A DNA stretch of 64,000 bases from Escherichia coli (GCF_016903815.1 NZ_CP069973.1), one strand, 5' to 3'; counted from the first letter of the stretch, positions 7,720 through 17,042 are shown. Numbers and translations are program-made. The notes: a model not told the origin generated them from the sequence alone.

Positions 7720-8141
7720 CCTCGCGCATACAGCCGGGCAGTGACGTCATCGTCTGCGCGGAAATGGGCGAACAGTGGGGCTATGTCGGGGCTAAATCGC
7801 GCCAGCGCTGGCTGTTTTACGCGTATGACAGGCTCCGGAAGACGGTTGTTGCGCACGTATTCGGTGAACGCACGATGGCGACGCTGGGGCGTCTTATGAG
7901 CCTGCTGTCACCCTTTGACGTGGTGATATGGATGACGGATGGCTGGCCGCTGTATGAATCCCGCCTGAAGGGAAAGCTGCACGTAATCAGCAAGCGATAT
8001 ACGCAGCGAATTGAGCGGCATAACCTGAATCTGAGGCAGCACCTGGCACGGCTGGGACGGAAGTCGCTGTCGTTCTCAAAATCGGTGGAGCTGCATGACA
8101 AAGTCATCGGGCATTATCTGAACATAAAACACTATCAATAA
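7638..8141 (+). CDS. insB: IS1 InsB' frame (expressed as the InsAB' transposase by -1 frameshifting)
   Basis: The 167-aa ORF contains ...[48 protein letters not shown]...[13 protein letters not shown]. It overlaps the insA 3' end in the -1 frame. Confidence 0.95.
   Translation: MPGNCPHYGRWPQHDFTSLKKLRPQSVTSRIQPGSDVIVCAEMGEQWGYVGAKSRQRWLFYAYDRLRKTVVAHVFGERTMATLGRLMSLLSPFDVVIWMTDGWPLYESRLKGKLHVISKRYTQRIERHNLNLRQHLARLGRKSLSFSKSVELHDKVIGHYLNIKHYQ
7695..7701 (+). promoter_or_regulatory. IS1 programmed -1 ribosomal frameshift heptamer (A6C)
   Basis: AAAAAAC lies within TTAAAAAACTCAGG at the insA/insB' overlap. This is the established IS1 frameshift signal. The same motif is present in copy B (complement of 10574-10580). 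Confidence 0.8.
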
Positions 8142-8156
8142 GTTGGAGTCATTATC

Positions 8157-8966
8157 TAACCGTAGCGTTTATTACGCGCAGGTGACGCGTCCTGTTAATG
8201 TGCAAAGAATTGACTTACGAAGTCGGGTGAGGGCTTTCCATGCTCTCAGTCGTGGCGCAGCCGGTAGCCGTGCAATCAGTCAGATGTTGCGCCAGAGTAG
8301 CGTTGATGCAGGCCGGTGGCTGGCACGACGACTGATGCGGGAATGCGGGCTGACAAGTCGACAGATGGTTAAACATCACTACCGGGTCAACGAAGACAAA
8401 AGTCCGCCATTGCCAAATTTACTGAACCGGCAATTTCACCCCGCCGCACCAGACCGCGTCTGGTGCGGCGACATCAGTTTTATTCGCCTGCATGACAAAT
8501 GGTGTTAGCTCGCGCTCGTTGTTGATTTATATTCACGGCGGATTACCGGTTCAGCCCTCTCATTAACCGCTGATGCTGAGTTGGTGTGTAGGGCTTTGCG
8601 TAATGCACTGGAAACACGATCACGTGATGGCCGTCTGCTGTTTCATTCAGATCAAGGTGTTCAGTATAAAAGCAATAAATACAGAAAGTTACTCTGGCGT
8701 TATGGGGTAATGCAAAGTATGAGTTGCAGAGGGAATGGCCTGGATAATTCGCCGATGGAAAGAGTCTTTCGCAGCCTTAAAAATGAATGGCTTCCGAAAG
8801 GTGGTTATGGTGATTTTATCCATGCGGTACGTGATATAAACCAGTGGATTAATGGTTATTACAACGTTTATCGACCTCACACGAACAACGATGGTTTACC
8901 GCCTTGCTTACATGAAGAAAAGTGGAAACAGGTTATTCCGGTGTCCTGATTTTGTGAACCACTACA
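8157..8966 (+). pseudogene. IS3-family (IS911-like end) transposase OrfB remnant, 5'-truncated by IS1 copy A and carrying an in-frame TAG
   Basis: A single frame reads ...[31 protein letters not shown]...[52 protein letters not shown]...[15 protein letters not shown] (rve/DDE integrase core), with a stop at 8506-8508. No OrfA or left IR is present. The right end TGTAGTGGTTCACAAAATCAGGACACC (complement from 8966) resembles IS911-type TG...CA termini. Confidence 0.75.
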
Positions 8967-9115
8967 ATAATCCTTTTTCACAGACTTGTCAGCAGCCAGC
9001 ATTTATGTTCTTTTACCTGCGGGAATTTATCCGTCTGCCTGTCGGGACTACTCTGTCATACAGAAATCAGGTAGGAATAAATTGTAGTGGAAAGTCGATG
9101 TTTACCGGATGACTG

Positions 9116-9667
9116 ATGCGCGCTTGTACACAGACAGTGTGTTTCAGTAATATGGAGAATAATGAAATGAATAACACAGACACATTAGAAAAAATAATCA
9201 GACACCAAAAAAACAAAGACCCCGCATATCCCTTTCGGGAACATTTGTTGATGCAGCTCTGTATTCGCACAAATAAAAGAATGCAGGATAATATATCTGA
9301 ATTTCTGGGGGCGTATGGAATAAATCACTCAGCATATATGGTTCTCACCACATTATTCGCAGCGGAGAACCATTGTCTGTCACCTTCAGAGATAAGCCAG
9401 AAACTTCAGTTTACCAGAACTAATATTACCCGCATTACAGATTTTTTAGAAAAAGCCGGATATGTAAAAAGGACGGATAGCAGGGAGGATCGCCGTGCTA
9501 AAAAAATCAGTCTGACATCTGAAGGTATGTTTTTTATTCAGAGGCTCACTCTTGCACAAAGCATGTATCTGAAAGAAATCTGGGATTATCTGACTCATGA
9601 TGAACAGGAACTGTTTGAAGTCATTAATAAAAAATTACTGGCACATTTTTCTGATGCCAGCTCATAA
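9116..9667 (+). CDS. MarR-family transcriptional regulator, MprA(EmrR)/PapX-SfaX-like
   Basis: The ORF-track protein is 183 aa. The winged-helix region SPSEISQKLQFTRTNITRITDFLEKAGYVKRTDSREDRRAKKISLTSEG parallels MprA [49 protein letters not shown] (from memory). Alternative in-frame starts are at 9152 and 9167. The 9167 start has GGAG 9 nt upstream and gives 166 aa. Confidence 0.8.
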   Translation: MRACTQTVCFSNMENNEMNNTDTLEKIIRHQKNKDPAYPFREHLLMQLCIRTNKRMQDNISEFLGAYGINHSAYMVLTTLFAAENHCLSPSEISQKLQFTRTNITRITDFLEKAGYVKRTDSREDRRAKKISLTSEGMFFIQRLTLAQSMYLKEIWDYLTHDEQELFEVINKKLLAHFSDASS

Positions 9668-10133
9668 AGTGCGAAATATCTGAGGATGCTGGATAGCTTC
9701 AGGCAAGAGAATAATGATTCTTGCAGATGTGTTTTTCCGGATACAAAAACAAAAGTAAAAAATTGCAGCGCCAGGCCACCTTTCAAAGCAGGGAGGCTTG
9801 TACCGCGTCGAAAATTTCAGCCAGTTAATGTAATTGTCTGAACCAGGCACTTCGCCCGGGCAGGAGAAGGAGCGTGGTTGCGGTCATCCTGTATACTGAA
9901 GTCGTTATGAAGGAATAATACAAATAATTGCCCGTTTTCTCTGTACGATAGAGGCAGGTGTGTATGATTGCATCACTATGTTTTTGTGATATAAAAAACT
10001 AAATGGTGAGATATGCATTTTAAAATATAACAAAAATCACCATGAAATAAGAATAATTATCCACGGAGAACATAAACTGCAGACTGTTACAATGCATGCT
10101 GTTCATCTTGACAATGTCGGTAATGACTCCAAC

Positions 10134-10637
10134 TTATTGATAGTGTTTTATGTTCAGATAATGCCCGATGACTTTGTCATGCAGCTCCACCGATTTTGAG
10201 AACGACAGCGACTTCCGTCCCAGCCGTGCCAGGTGCTGCCTCAGATTCAGGTTATGCCGCTCAATTCGCTGCGTATATCGCTTGCTGATTACGTGCAGCT
10301 TTCCCTTCAGGCGGGATTCATACAGCGGCCAGCCATCCGTCATCCATATCACCACGTCAAAGGGTGACAGCAGGCTCATAAGACGCCCCAGCGTCGCCAT
10401 CGTGCGTTCACCGAATACGTGCGCAACAACCGTCTTCCGGAGCCTGTCATACGCGTAAAACAGCCAGCGCTGGCGCGATTTAGCCCCGACATAGCCCCAC
10501 TGTTCGCCCATTTCCGCGCAGACGATGACGTCACTGCCCGGCTGTATGCGCGAGGTTACCGACTGCGGCCTGAGTTTTTTAAGTGACGTAAAATCGTGTT
10601 GAGGCCAACGCCCATAATGCGGGCAGTTGCCCGGCAT
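10134..10637 (-). CDS. insB: IS1 InsB' frame
   Basis: A 167-aa ORF identical in protein sequence to the copy A InsB' ORF. Confidence 0.95.
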   Translation of the reverse strand: MPGNCPHYGRWPQHDFTSLKKLRPQSVTSRIQPGSDVIVCAEMGEQWGYVGAKSRQRWLFYAYDRLRKTVVAHVFGERTMATLGRLMSLLSPFDVVIWMTDGWPLYESRLKGKLHVISKRYTQRIERHNLNLRQHLARLGRKSLSFSKSVELHDKVIGHYLNIKHYQ

Positions 10638-10831
10638 CCAACGCCATTCATGGCCATATCAATGATTTTCTGGTGCGTACCGGGTTGAGAAGCGGTGTAA
10701 GTGAACTGCAGTTGCCATGTTTTACGGCAGTGAGAGCAGAGATAGCGCTGATGTCCGGCAGTGCTTTTGCCGTTACGCACCACGCCTTCAGTAGCTGAAC
10801 AGGAGGGACAGCTGATAGAAACAGAAGCCAC
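10556..10831 (-). CDS. insA: IS1 InsA
   Basis: A 91-aa canonical InsA ([21 protein letters not shown]...). Confidence 0.95.
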   Translation of the reverse strand: MASVSISCPSCSATEGVVRNGKSTAGHQRYLCSHCRKTWQLQFTYTASQPGTHQKIIDMAMNGVGCRATARIMGVGLNTILRHLKNSGRSR

Positions 10832-11360
10832 TGGAGCACCTCAAAAACACCATCATACACTAAATCAGTAAGTTGGCAGCATCACCCAATCTGCTGACAG
10901 ACGAAGATAATGAACCCGTTATGGTTTTTAACGGAGAGAGGAATGTACTGGCAGACAGTCTGAAACCACAGCCTCTGATTCTTCCGGTCAAGGGAAAATA
11001 AGCGTAATGTTCATCACCAGATTATGTACGATGAGTTTTCCACTGTTTATAGCAATTATCTTGCTAATAACCAGACAGGAGTAACCAGACCAACCGAAAA
11101 CACCGGGAAGGTGATTACCCGCTGGCAGAGGAAATCCGGTTTTTTTTGATGTCAGCCATAACGTGTTTGACAATAAAGCATCATGAAAGGGTGTTAATGA
11201 GTCCATGGGATAATTCATAAAAATAATTTACTGTGTTATCCTTTTCAAAAGAAATATTCAGAAGATAACCCCTGGCTGACAACCAGGGGAAGGGGGCATT
11301 AACAGTGTTATTATTGGTGAATAAATTATTACTTGTGTGCAGGATACACTAATGCAATAT

Positions 11361-12434
11361 CTACTGATACTGTATGCCAGTATGTTTCATGCCTGCCGCT
11401 GAAAACGGCAATATCCAGGGCCAGACATATTCACCATTCATATTTCTGCATTTCTGTACAATTTTCTCAGAAAGCGTCTCATCAATTCTTTCACGCAACT
11501 TCTCCTGCTGTCTTAAAATACTTTCGCATATTTCGAAATCATCTTCCTGCATCAGCATTTCGGCGCATTTAATGATTTCTGCCCGTTCATGCAGCACAGA
11601 GGAATGATTATAGAGCCAGTTTACAAACAGCAATGCTTCCGGATATTGCCCCCATAACGGGTGGTATGTGGCATAATAATCTTCGGCAGTATCCGGACCG
11701 CCTGAAAAGTTATGCCATACAGCAAGTGGAAATGGATGCAGATTTCCGCACAGTATTTCTGCGATGTAAGTATTTGCCGCAAAGCCGCGACGAAATGCAG
11801 TTGCAGCTTTTACCAGTTCCCCATTAAGAAAATGCAGAAGGCCGAGTTCATACCAGTAAGGTGAAAATTCATCTGCATGTTCCTGCAGTATATGGCGTGC
11901 CTGTTCATGAGCGCCAGTGCGTAACAGTTCCGGTCCCAGTAGCCAGCGTGCACCATGATTATCTTCGGGATTGTAATCCAGTATTTTTTCAATGAGCATG
12001 ATGGCATCCTGATGACGCCGTAAATGTGCATTTGCCAGGATTGCCGCATAGAGGGCACGAAGAAAAGGTCGGTTGTCAGGATGTATCCAGATGATTCTGC
12101 CACTGAAACCTTCAGGGATAAGACGATTGCCAACTGCCAGCCCTTTAAGGGCAGCATTCAGCGCCTTACGCGGGGCATTCTGCTCCAGAAATACGTATGC
12201 CAAGTGAGCGTGTACATCAATAAAGTCATTCTCCTGTCGGGCAAGGCGCCTGAGTTTGTTGATGTAACTTGTTTCGCTGATTTCATCCGCATCGTATGCA
12301 TCAATCAGTTCTTCAAACTCATCCAGCAACGAGCCAAACCAGGTTTCCGGAAATATGAAACAGCCCTGGTTATCGTTCACTTCAAAGCGTAATTTGCCAG
12401 TCATATTCTGAACCTGTAAAAAAGGATGGACCAT
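11361..12434 (-). CDS. Hypothetical helical-repeat (TPR-like) protein, island cargo next to the integrase
   Basis: A 357-aa ORF. Its A/L-rich amphipathic repeats (e.g. AHLAYVFLEQNAPRKALNAALKGL, RALYAAILANAHLRRHQDAIMLIEKILDYNPEDNHGARWLLG, YWYELGLLHFLNGELVKAATAFRRG) look TPR-like. I recognised no catalytic motif. The more likely start is ATG at 12404 (AGG ~10 nt upstream). Confidence 0.6.
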   Translation of the reverse strand: MVHPFLQVQNMTGKLRFEVNDNQGCFIFPETWFGSLLDEFEELIDAYDADEISETSYINKLRRLARQENDFIDVHAHLAYVFLEQNAPRKALNAALKGLAVGNRLIPEGFSGRIIWIHPDNRPFLRALYAAILANAHLRRHQDAIMLIEKILDYNPEDNHGARWLLGPELLRTGAHEQARHILQEHADEFSPYWYELGLLHFLNGELVKAATAFRRGFAANTYIAEILCGNLHPFPLAVWHNFSGGPDTAEDYYATYHPLWGQYPEALLFVNWLYNHSSVLHERAEIIKCAEMLMQEDDFEICESILRQQEKLRERIDETLSEKIVQKCRNMNGEYVWPWILPFSAAGMKHTGIQYQ

Positions 12435-12659
12435 AACCTGCAGGCTATAAAAATTGTGATGCCTGGCATCGGTGTCCTTTTATTGTCCGGGATTAACGTT
12501 GCCCATGATAATACAGTGAATTCTGTTCTGTGGTAAGACGTTGAGTTATTGAATGAGAACCTCAGCCTGGCTGATGGTTCCGCCGGCATAAAAAAGAAAT
12601 TGATTGAGGCGGGTGCTCTTCCCCTTAAGAGGAAGAGCATGTGTGTAAATGGCGTTCAG

Positions 12660-13925
12660 TCACCTTTTCAGTGGATTGTTAACTTTTGCATATTCAAACG
12701 GACTGATACACTCCTCCCTGTTTGCATCCAGAAAATCTGCCCACCATTGCAGCATAAGCCGACGTTCTTCCAGATGTTCTGCTTTATGAATATACGCGGC
12801 ACGTACTCCGTTGCGCTCCTGATGACTCATCTGACGTTCAACCGCATCTCTTGACCATAAGCCGGATTCAATCAATGCACTGCACGCCATCGCCCGGAAT
12901 CCATGGCCACAGACTTCCTTGGTTGTGTCATACCCCATCACCCTCAGGGCTTTATTTACAGTATTTTCACTGATTGGTTTACGCGGGTCATGTGCACCCG
13001 TAAATATCAGACCATTTTCACCTGCCCATGTCTGAAGTTCTGTCAGTATGGCTACAGCCTGTTTACTGAGTGGCACAAGATGTGGTGTCCGCATCTTGGA
13101 GCCCCGGTGTGAGAATTTTACGCCAGGCAGAGGTTCGCGTTCGGCTGGAATAGTCCACATGGCATTGTCAATATCAATTTCAGACCAGCGGGCATATCTG
13201 AGTTCACTGGAACGAATAAAAACCAGTAAATTCAGCATAACGGCAAGCCGGGTGACAGGCTGGCCTTTATAACCGTCAATACGCGACAGAAGTTCAGGCA
13301 GGCGTGAAAGATTCAGAGCGGGGCGATGCTGGCGTTTTACCGTGGTCAATGCACCAGCCATATCCAGAGCCGGGTTATATCTGATGATGCCAGACTGTAC
13401 GGCGTAACGCATTACAGCAGATATTCTTTGCTGCAGACGACTAGCGATTTCATAAATTTGTTTTGCTTCTGCAGCACGAACAGGGATAAGCAGGTCCGGG
13501 GTATTGAGTGTTGTGATATCCCGGTTGCCGATAAAGGGGAAAACGTGTGTCTCGAGGCTTTTGAGTACTTTATCGCTGTGTGATTGTGCCCATTGTTTAT
13601 TACTGGCATGCCAGCGTCGTGCAATATGTTCAAAAGAGAGCTGTAAATCAGGGACTACTTTTTTAACTCTTTTCTGTTCGCAAGGGTCAATCCCCTCTGA
13701 AATCAGTTTTCGGGCCTCATCCCGTTTTGTACGAGCTTCGGAGAGAGAAACTTCTGGATACACACCAAGTGCCAGAGTCTTCTCCTTACCCAGAATACGA
13801 TAACGGAGACGCCAGTAACGGGAACCATTAGGATGAACCAGCAGGAACATGCCGGCCCCGTCAGTGAGTTTATAAGCCTTGTCAGTGGGCTTTGCAGCCC
13901 GGATTTTTGCGTCAGTCAGTGCCAT
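12660..13925 (-). CDS. int: P4/CP4-57-type tyrosine integrase
   Basis: A 421-aa ORF MALTDAKIRAAKPTDKAYKLTDGAGMFLLVHPNGSRYWRLRYR... (typical P4-integrase N-terminus). The C-terminal catalytic region has HGFRAMA...RAAYIH. It lies directly beside the 3' end of tRNA-Phe in the same orientation. Confidence 0.92.
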   Translation of the reverse strand: MALTDAKIRAAKPTDKAYKLTDGAGMFLLVHPNGSRYWRLRYRILGKEKTLALGVYPEVSLSEARTKRDEARKLISEGIDPCEQKRVKKVVPDLQLSFEHIARRWHASNKQWAQSHSDKVLKSLETHVFPFIGNRDITTLNTPDLLIPVRAAEAKQIYEIASRLQQRISAVMRYAVQSGIIRYNPALDMAGALTTVKRQHRPALNLSRLPELLSRIDGYKGQPVTRLAVMLNLLVFIRSSELRYARWSEIDIDNAMWTIPAEREPLPGVKFSHRGSKMRTPHLVPLSKQAVAILTELQTWAGENGLIFTGAHDPRKPISENTVNKALRVMGYDTTKEVCGHGFRAMACSALIESGLWSRDAVERQMSHQERNGVRAAYIHKAEHLEERRLMLQWWADFLDANREECISPFEYAKVNNPLKR

Positions 13926-14084
13926 AGTTCAGCCTTCTGAATGCGTTAAAGAGGGTATAAATTCTGTCGAACTGGGGTATGCCCACAATTATACCCACAC
14001 AATGAGGTTGATGTGGGGGGAATCTGGTTGAGTTCGGTAGAATTGATTTGGAGGCAGGACGCTTAAATCGTGGCGTCCTGGAAT

Positions 14085-14111
14085 GAAAAACGGACCTCCG
14101 TGGAGGTCCGT
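14085..14111 (-). terminator. Rho-independent terminator downstream of tRNA-Phe
   Basis: On the minus strand, the hairpin CGGACCTCCACGGAGGTCCG is followed by TTTTT, 12 nt after the tRNA 3' end. Confidence 0.7.
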
Positions 14112-14122
14112 TGATATGAATT

Positions 14123-14198
14123 TGGTGCCCGGACTCGGAATCGAACCAAGGACACGGGGATTTTCAATCCCCTGCTCTACCGACTGAGCTATCCGGGC
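14123..14198 (-). tRNA. pheU: tRNA-Phe (GAA)
   Basis: The minus strand reads GCCCGGATAGCTCAGTCGGTAGAGCAGGGGATTGAAAATCCCCGTGTCCTTGGTTCGATTCCGAGTCCGGGCACCA, which is E. coli tRNA-Phe with encoded CCA. Its position next to yjdC-dsbD identifies it as pheU. Confidence 0.97.
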
Positions 14199-14304
14199 AA
14201 CGGGGCGCATTAAACCGTAATCTGCACATCTCGTCAACCTAATTTCAGTAAAAGCGATTCAACTGCTTAAGATTGCGGCAAATCGCTTCTTTTCTGTGTT
14301 TCTG

Positions 14305-14904
14305 TCAGGTCAAAGCACCACCCTGGCGGCAGCGGGCGAAGCGCAGGATATCTTCCGCCAGCCGATGTGCGGTGTCGACATCCGCCTGGCTACGATTCAC
14401 CAGCATTCGGCTTAAACAGCCTTCCAGCACCAGTTCCATCTGCTTTGCTACCATCGCCGGATCGTCAACTTCCAGTGTGGTTAACAGTTCGTGGGTGAAA
14501 TCGTAGGCCGCGCTTTTTTGCTGATCGGCCAGTTGATGAATAGGGTGGCCAGGATCGGGATAAAACGTACAGGCAGCGATAAACAGACAGCCCGGATAGC
14601 GGTTGTTTTTAACGCACTCCGATAACGCCTGATAACGTGCCAGCAACTTTTGTTCGGCGGTTTGCGTTTCGTCCAGCATCAGCTGACGACGCCAGACATC
14701 TATCTGTTGGCTAAGATAACGCAGCGCATCGTAGAGGATTGCCTCTTTGTCTGGCCAGAAGCGGCGTAGCTCGTCCAGTGGATAATCCACACGTTCAGCA
14801 ACCATCTCCAGCGTGGTGTTGGCAATCCCTTGTAATTCTAATAATTTCAGGGCTTCTCCCAGTACATCTTCACGTTGCACGCTATTTTCCTCCGTCTTTC
14901 CCAC
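14305..14904 (-). CDS. yjdC: TetR-family transcriptional regulator YjdC
   Basis: The ORF-track protein ...[53 protein letters not shown]... matches K-12 YjdC. The K-12-type GTG start is at 14880 (191 aa). Confidence 0.9.
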
Positions 14905-14916
14905 TGCAAGTGTCGT

Positions 14917-16614
14917 TCACGGTTGGCGATCGCGCAAATGTGCGCTGAAGGTTTCAGCATCCATAAAGCCCGTGACGCGTGCTTGTGGATGCTCCTGGCC
15001 TTGTCCGTCAAAAAAGAGAATTGTCGGTAGGCCAAGGACATTAAGATGCTTTAACAGCGCCACATCTTGTGCGTCGTTGGCAGTGACGTTGGCCTGAAGT
15101 AATACCGTGTCTGCTAACGCTTTTTGCACCTGCGGGTCGCTGAAGGTGTATTTCTCAAACTCTTTACAGGCGACGCACCAGTCGGCATAGAGATCTAACA
15201 TCACTGGTTTGCCTTTGGCTTCAACGAGCGCCTGATTTAACTCATCTACCGTTTTGATTTGTGTAAAGTTGAGATGCGTCTGAGTTTGCGCGGTATGCGT
15301 CGCACCAAATGCCCAATCCTGAAGTGGGCGCACGCTAACCAATGCCGCTGCCAGCAGGATTATTTGCACCACGCGCATCCAGCCGCGTTTGGCCTGTAGG
15401 CTGGTGATAAAGGCCCAGCCAAAGAATGCGACACCAAGCGCCGACCACAAGCGTAATCCCCATATATCACCAATCACTCGCTCCAGCAGGAAGACCGGCA
15501 GTGCGAGGATCACAAAACCAAACGCGGTTTTGACTTGTTCCATCCACGGGCCGCTTTTCGGCAGCAAGCGGTTACCAAAGACGGTAATTAGCATCAGCGG
15601 CAGGCCCATGCCCAACGCATAGAGATAAAGCGTGCCGCCCCCCAGCCACATGTTCCCGCTTTGGGCGATATACAGCAGAATCGCGCTAAGCGGTGCGGTG
15701 GTGCATGGTGAACAGATCAGTCCGGCAATCGCCCCCATAACAAACACACCGCCAGGTGAGCCGCCCTGTTGGCGATTGCTCATCAGCGTGAGACGTGTTT
15801 GCAGCGAAGAGGGGAGTTGCAGAGTAAACAAGCCAAACATTGACATCGCCAGCAAGGTAAAGACGATAGCGAGGCCAATGAGCACGTATGGGTGCTGTAG
15901 CGCCGCCTGGAACTGTAACCCTGCGGCGGCAACCACCAGACCCAGTGCCGTGTAAGTCAGCGCCATCCCCTGCACATAAATAAAGGTCAGCAACAATGCT
16001 CTGGCAGTGGAGAGCCGCTGTTTACCGCCCAGCACGATACCAGAAATCAGTGGGTACATTGGCAGCACGCATGGCGTAAAGGCGATACCAATACCGATCA
16101 ACAACGCCCAGAGCGCGGAAAAGGGCAATTGCGCGGTGGGCTGCTCTTGCTGCGGAACAGACACAGGCTGTGACGCTGCGTTGTTGGCGACCACTTCGCT
16201 TAACGGAACGGTTTTGGTTTCTGGCGGATAACAGAAACCGGCATCAGCACAGCCCTGGTAGGTGATAGTTAACGTCGCTCCCGCACTCGCCTGGTTGATG
16301 GTGACGGGAAGCGTCAGCCGATCGCGGTAAATCTCGCTTTTGCCGTAAAACTCATCTTCATGCCAGACGCCTTGCGGCAGCTGCACGTCGGCAATTTTCG
16401 CGTGTTCCGGCGTAATGCGGATCTGTTTACGGTAGAGGTAGTAACCGTCTTTGATCTGCCAGGTCAGATTCAGGTCATGTTGGTTTTGCTGAAAATCAAA
16501 AGCAAAGGCTTGATCCGCGGGGACAAATTGTGAACGTCCCGGCGCGTCGAATAATCCGGCAAAAACGGAAGTGCTGCAAAGTAGCAGGATCAGCGTAAAG
16601 ATGCGTTGAGCCAT
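14917..16614 (-). CDS. dsbD: Thiol:disulfide interchange protein DsbD
   Basis: Matches K-12 DsbD from [20 protein letters not shown] (565 aa). The ORF-track start 81 nt further upstream was rejected. The gene overlaps the cutA 3' end by 25 nt. Confidence 0.95.
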
Positions 16615-16928
16615 GAGAGGTAATCTGTGTCTCCGTGTGTAACAGGTAAAACCAGAAGTTCCGGGGTTTGATATGGATGATGAGACTTCAGGCATTCCAG
16701 CAGTGCCTGCTGGTGAGATACGGTAGTTTTTAAAATCATCTGCACTTCGTATTCTTGCTCCAGCTTACCTTCCCAGTAATAGAGAGAGGTAGCGCCGGGG
16801 ATCAAGGTCGCGCAGGCCGCCAGTTTTTCCGCCAGCACTTTGGCGGCTAAATCCTGGGCTGTCGCTTCATCCGGTGCCGTACATAGCACCACGACAGACG
16901 CGGTATTCGAACTTTTTTCATCAAGCAT
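16590..16928 (-). CDS. cutA: Divalent-cation tolerance protein CutA
   Basis: [45 protein letters not shown]... is K-12 CutA (112 aa). Confidence 0.95.
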
Positions 16929-17042
16929 AAACACCTCGCAAGAACAGATGGAACCGCAAGAGAGAGGTCACTATACAACGGACGGGGGAAGGATGTTAGT
17001 CGGCGGGAAAGAAAGCGGGGCCTGAAGCCCCGCGATTGGTCA

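Larger units (their letters stand above)
7389..8156 (+). mobile_element. IS1 (768 bp), copy A
   Basis: It starts GGTAATGCTGCCAACTTACTGATTTAGTGTATGATGGTG and ends ...CTATCAATAAGTTGGAGTCATTATC. insA lies at IS position 56 and insB' ends at IS position 753, as in canonical IS1. The flanks (CTGCAAATC / TAACCGTAG) are not direct repeats. Confidence 0.95.
10119..10886 (-). mobile_element. IS1 (768 bp), copy B, inverted relative to copy A
   Basis: It is bounded by GGTAATGACTCCAACTTATTGATAG (from 10119) and GGTGATGCTGCCAACTTACTGAT (complement from 10886), with intact insA and insB'. The flanks (GACAATGTC / CAATCTGCT) are not direct repeats. Confidence 0.95.

Noticed and set aside
12401-12640. 79-aa minus-strand ORF between the integrase and the helical-repeat gene
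   Set aside because: It overlaps the start of the 357-aa gene out of frame, has low-complexity sequence and no SD. The region more likely holds the integrase 3' hairpin (12615-12640) and the promoter of the downstream gene.
13989-14237. 82-aa minus-strand ORF overlapping tRNA-Phe
   Set aside because: It reads straight through the tRNA gene and its terminator, so it is an artefact.
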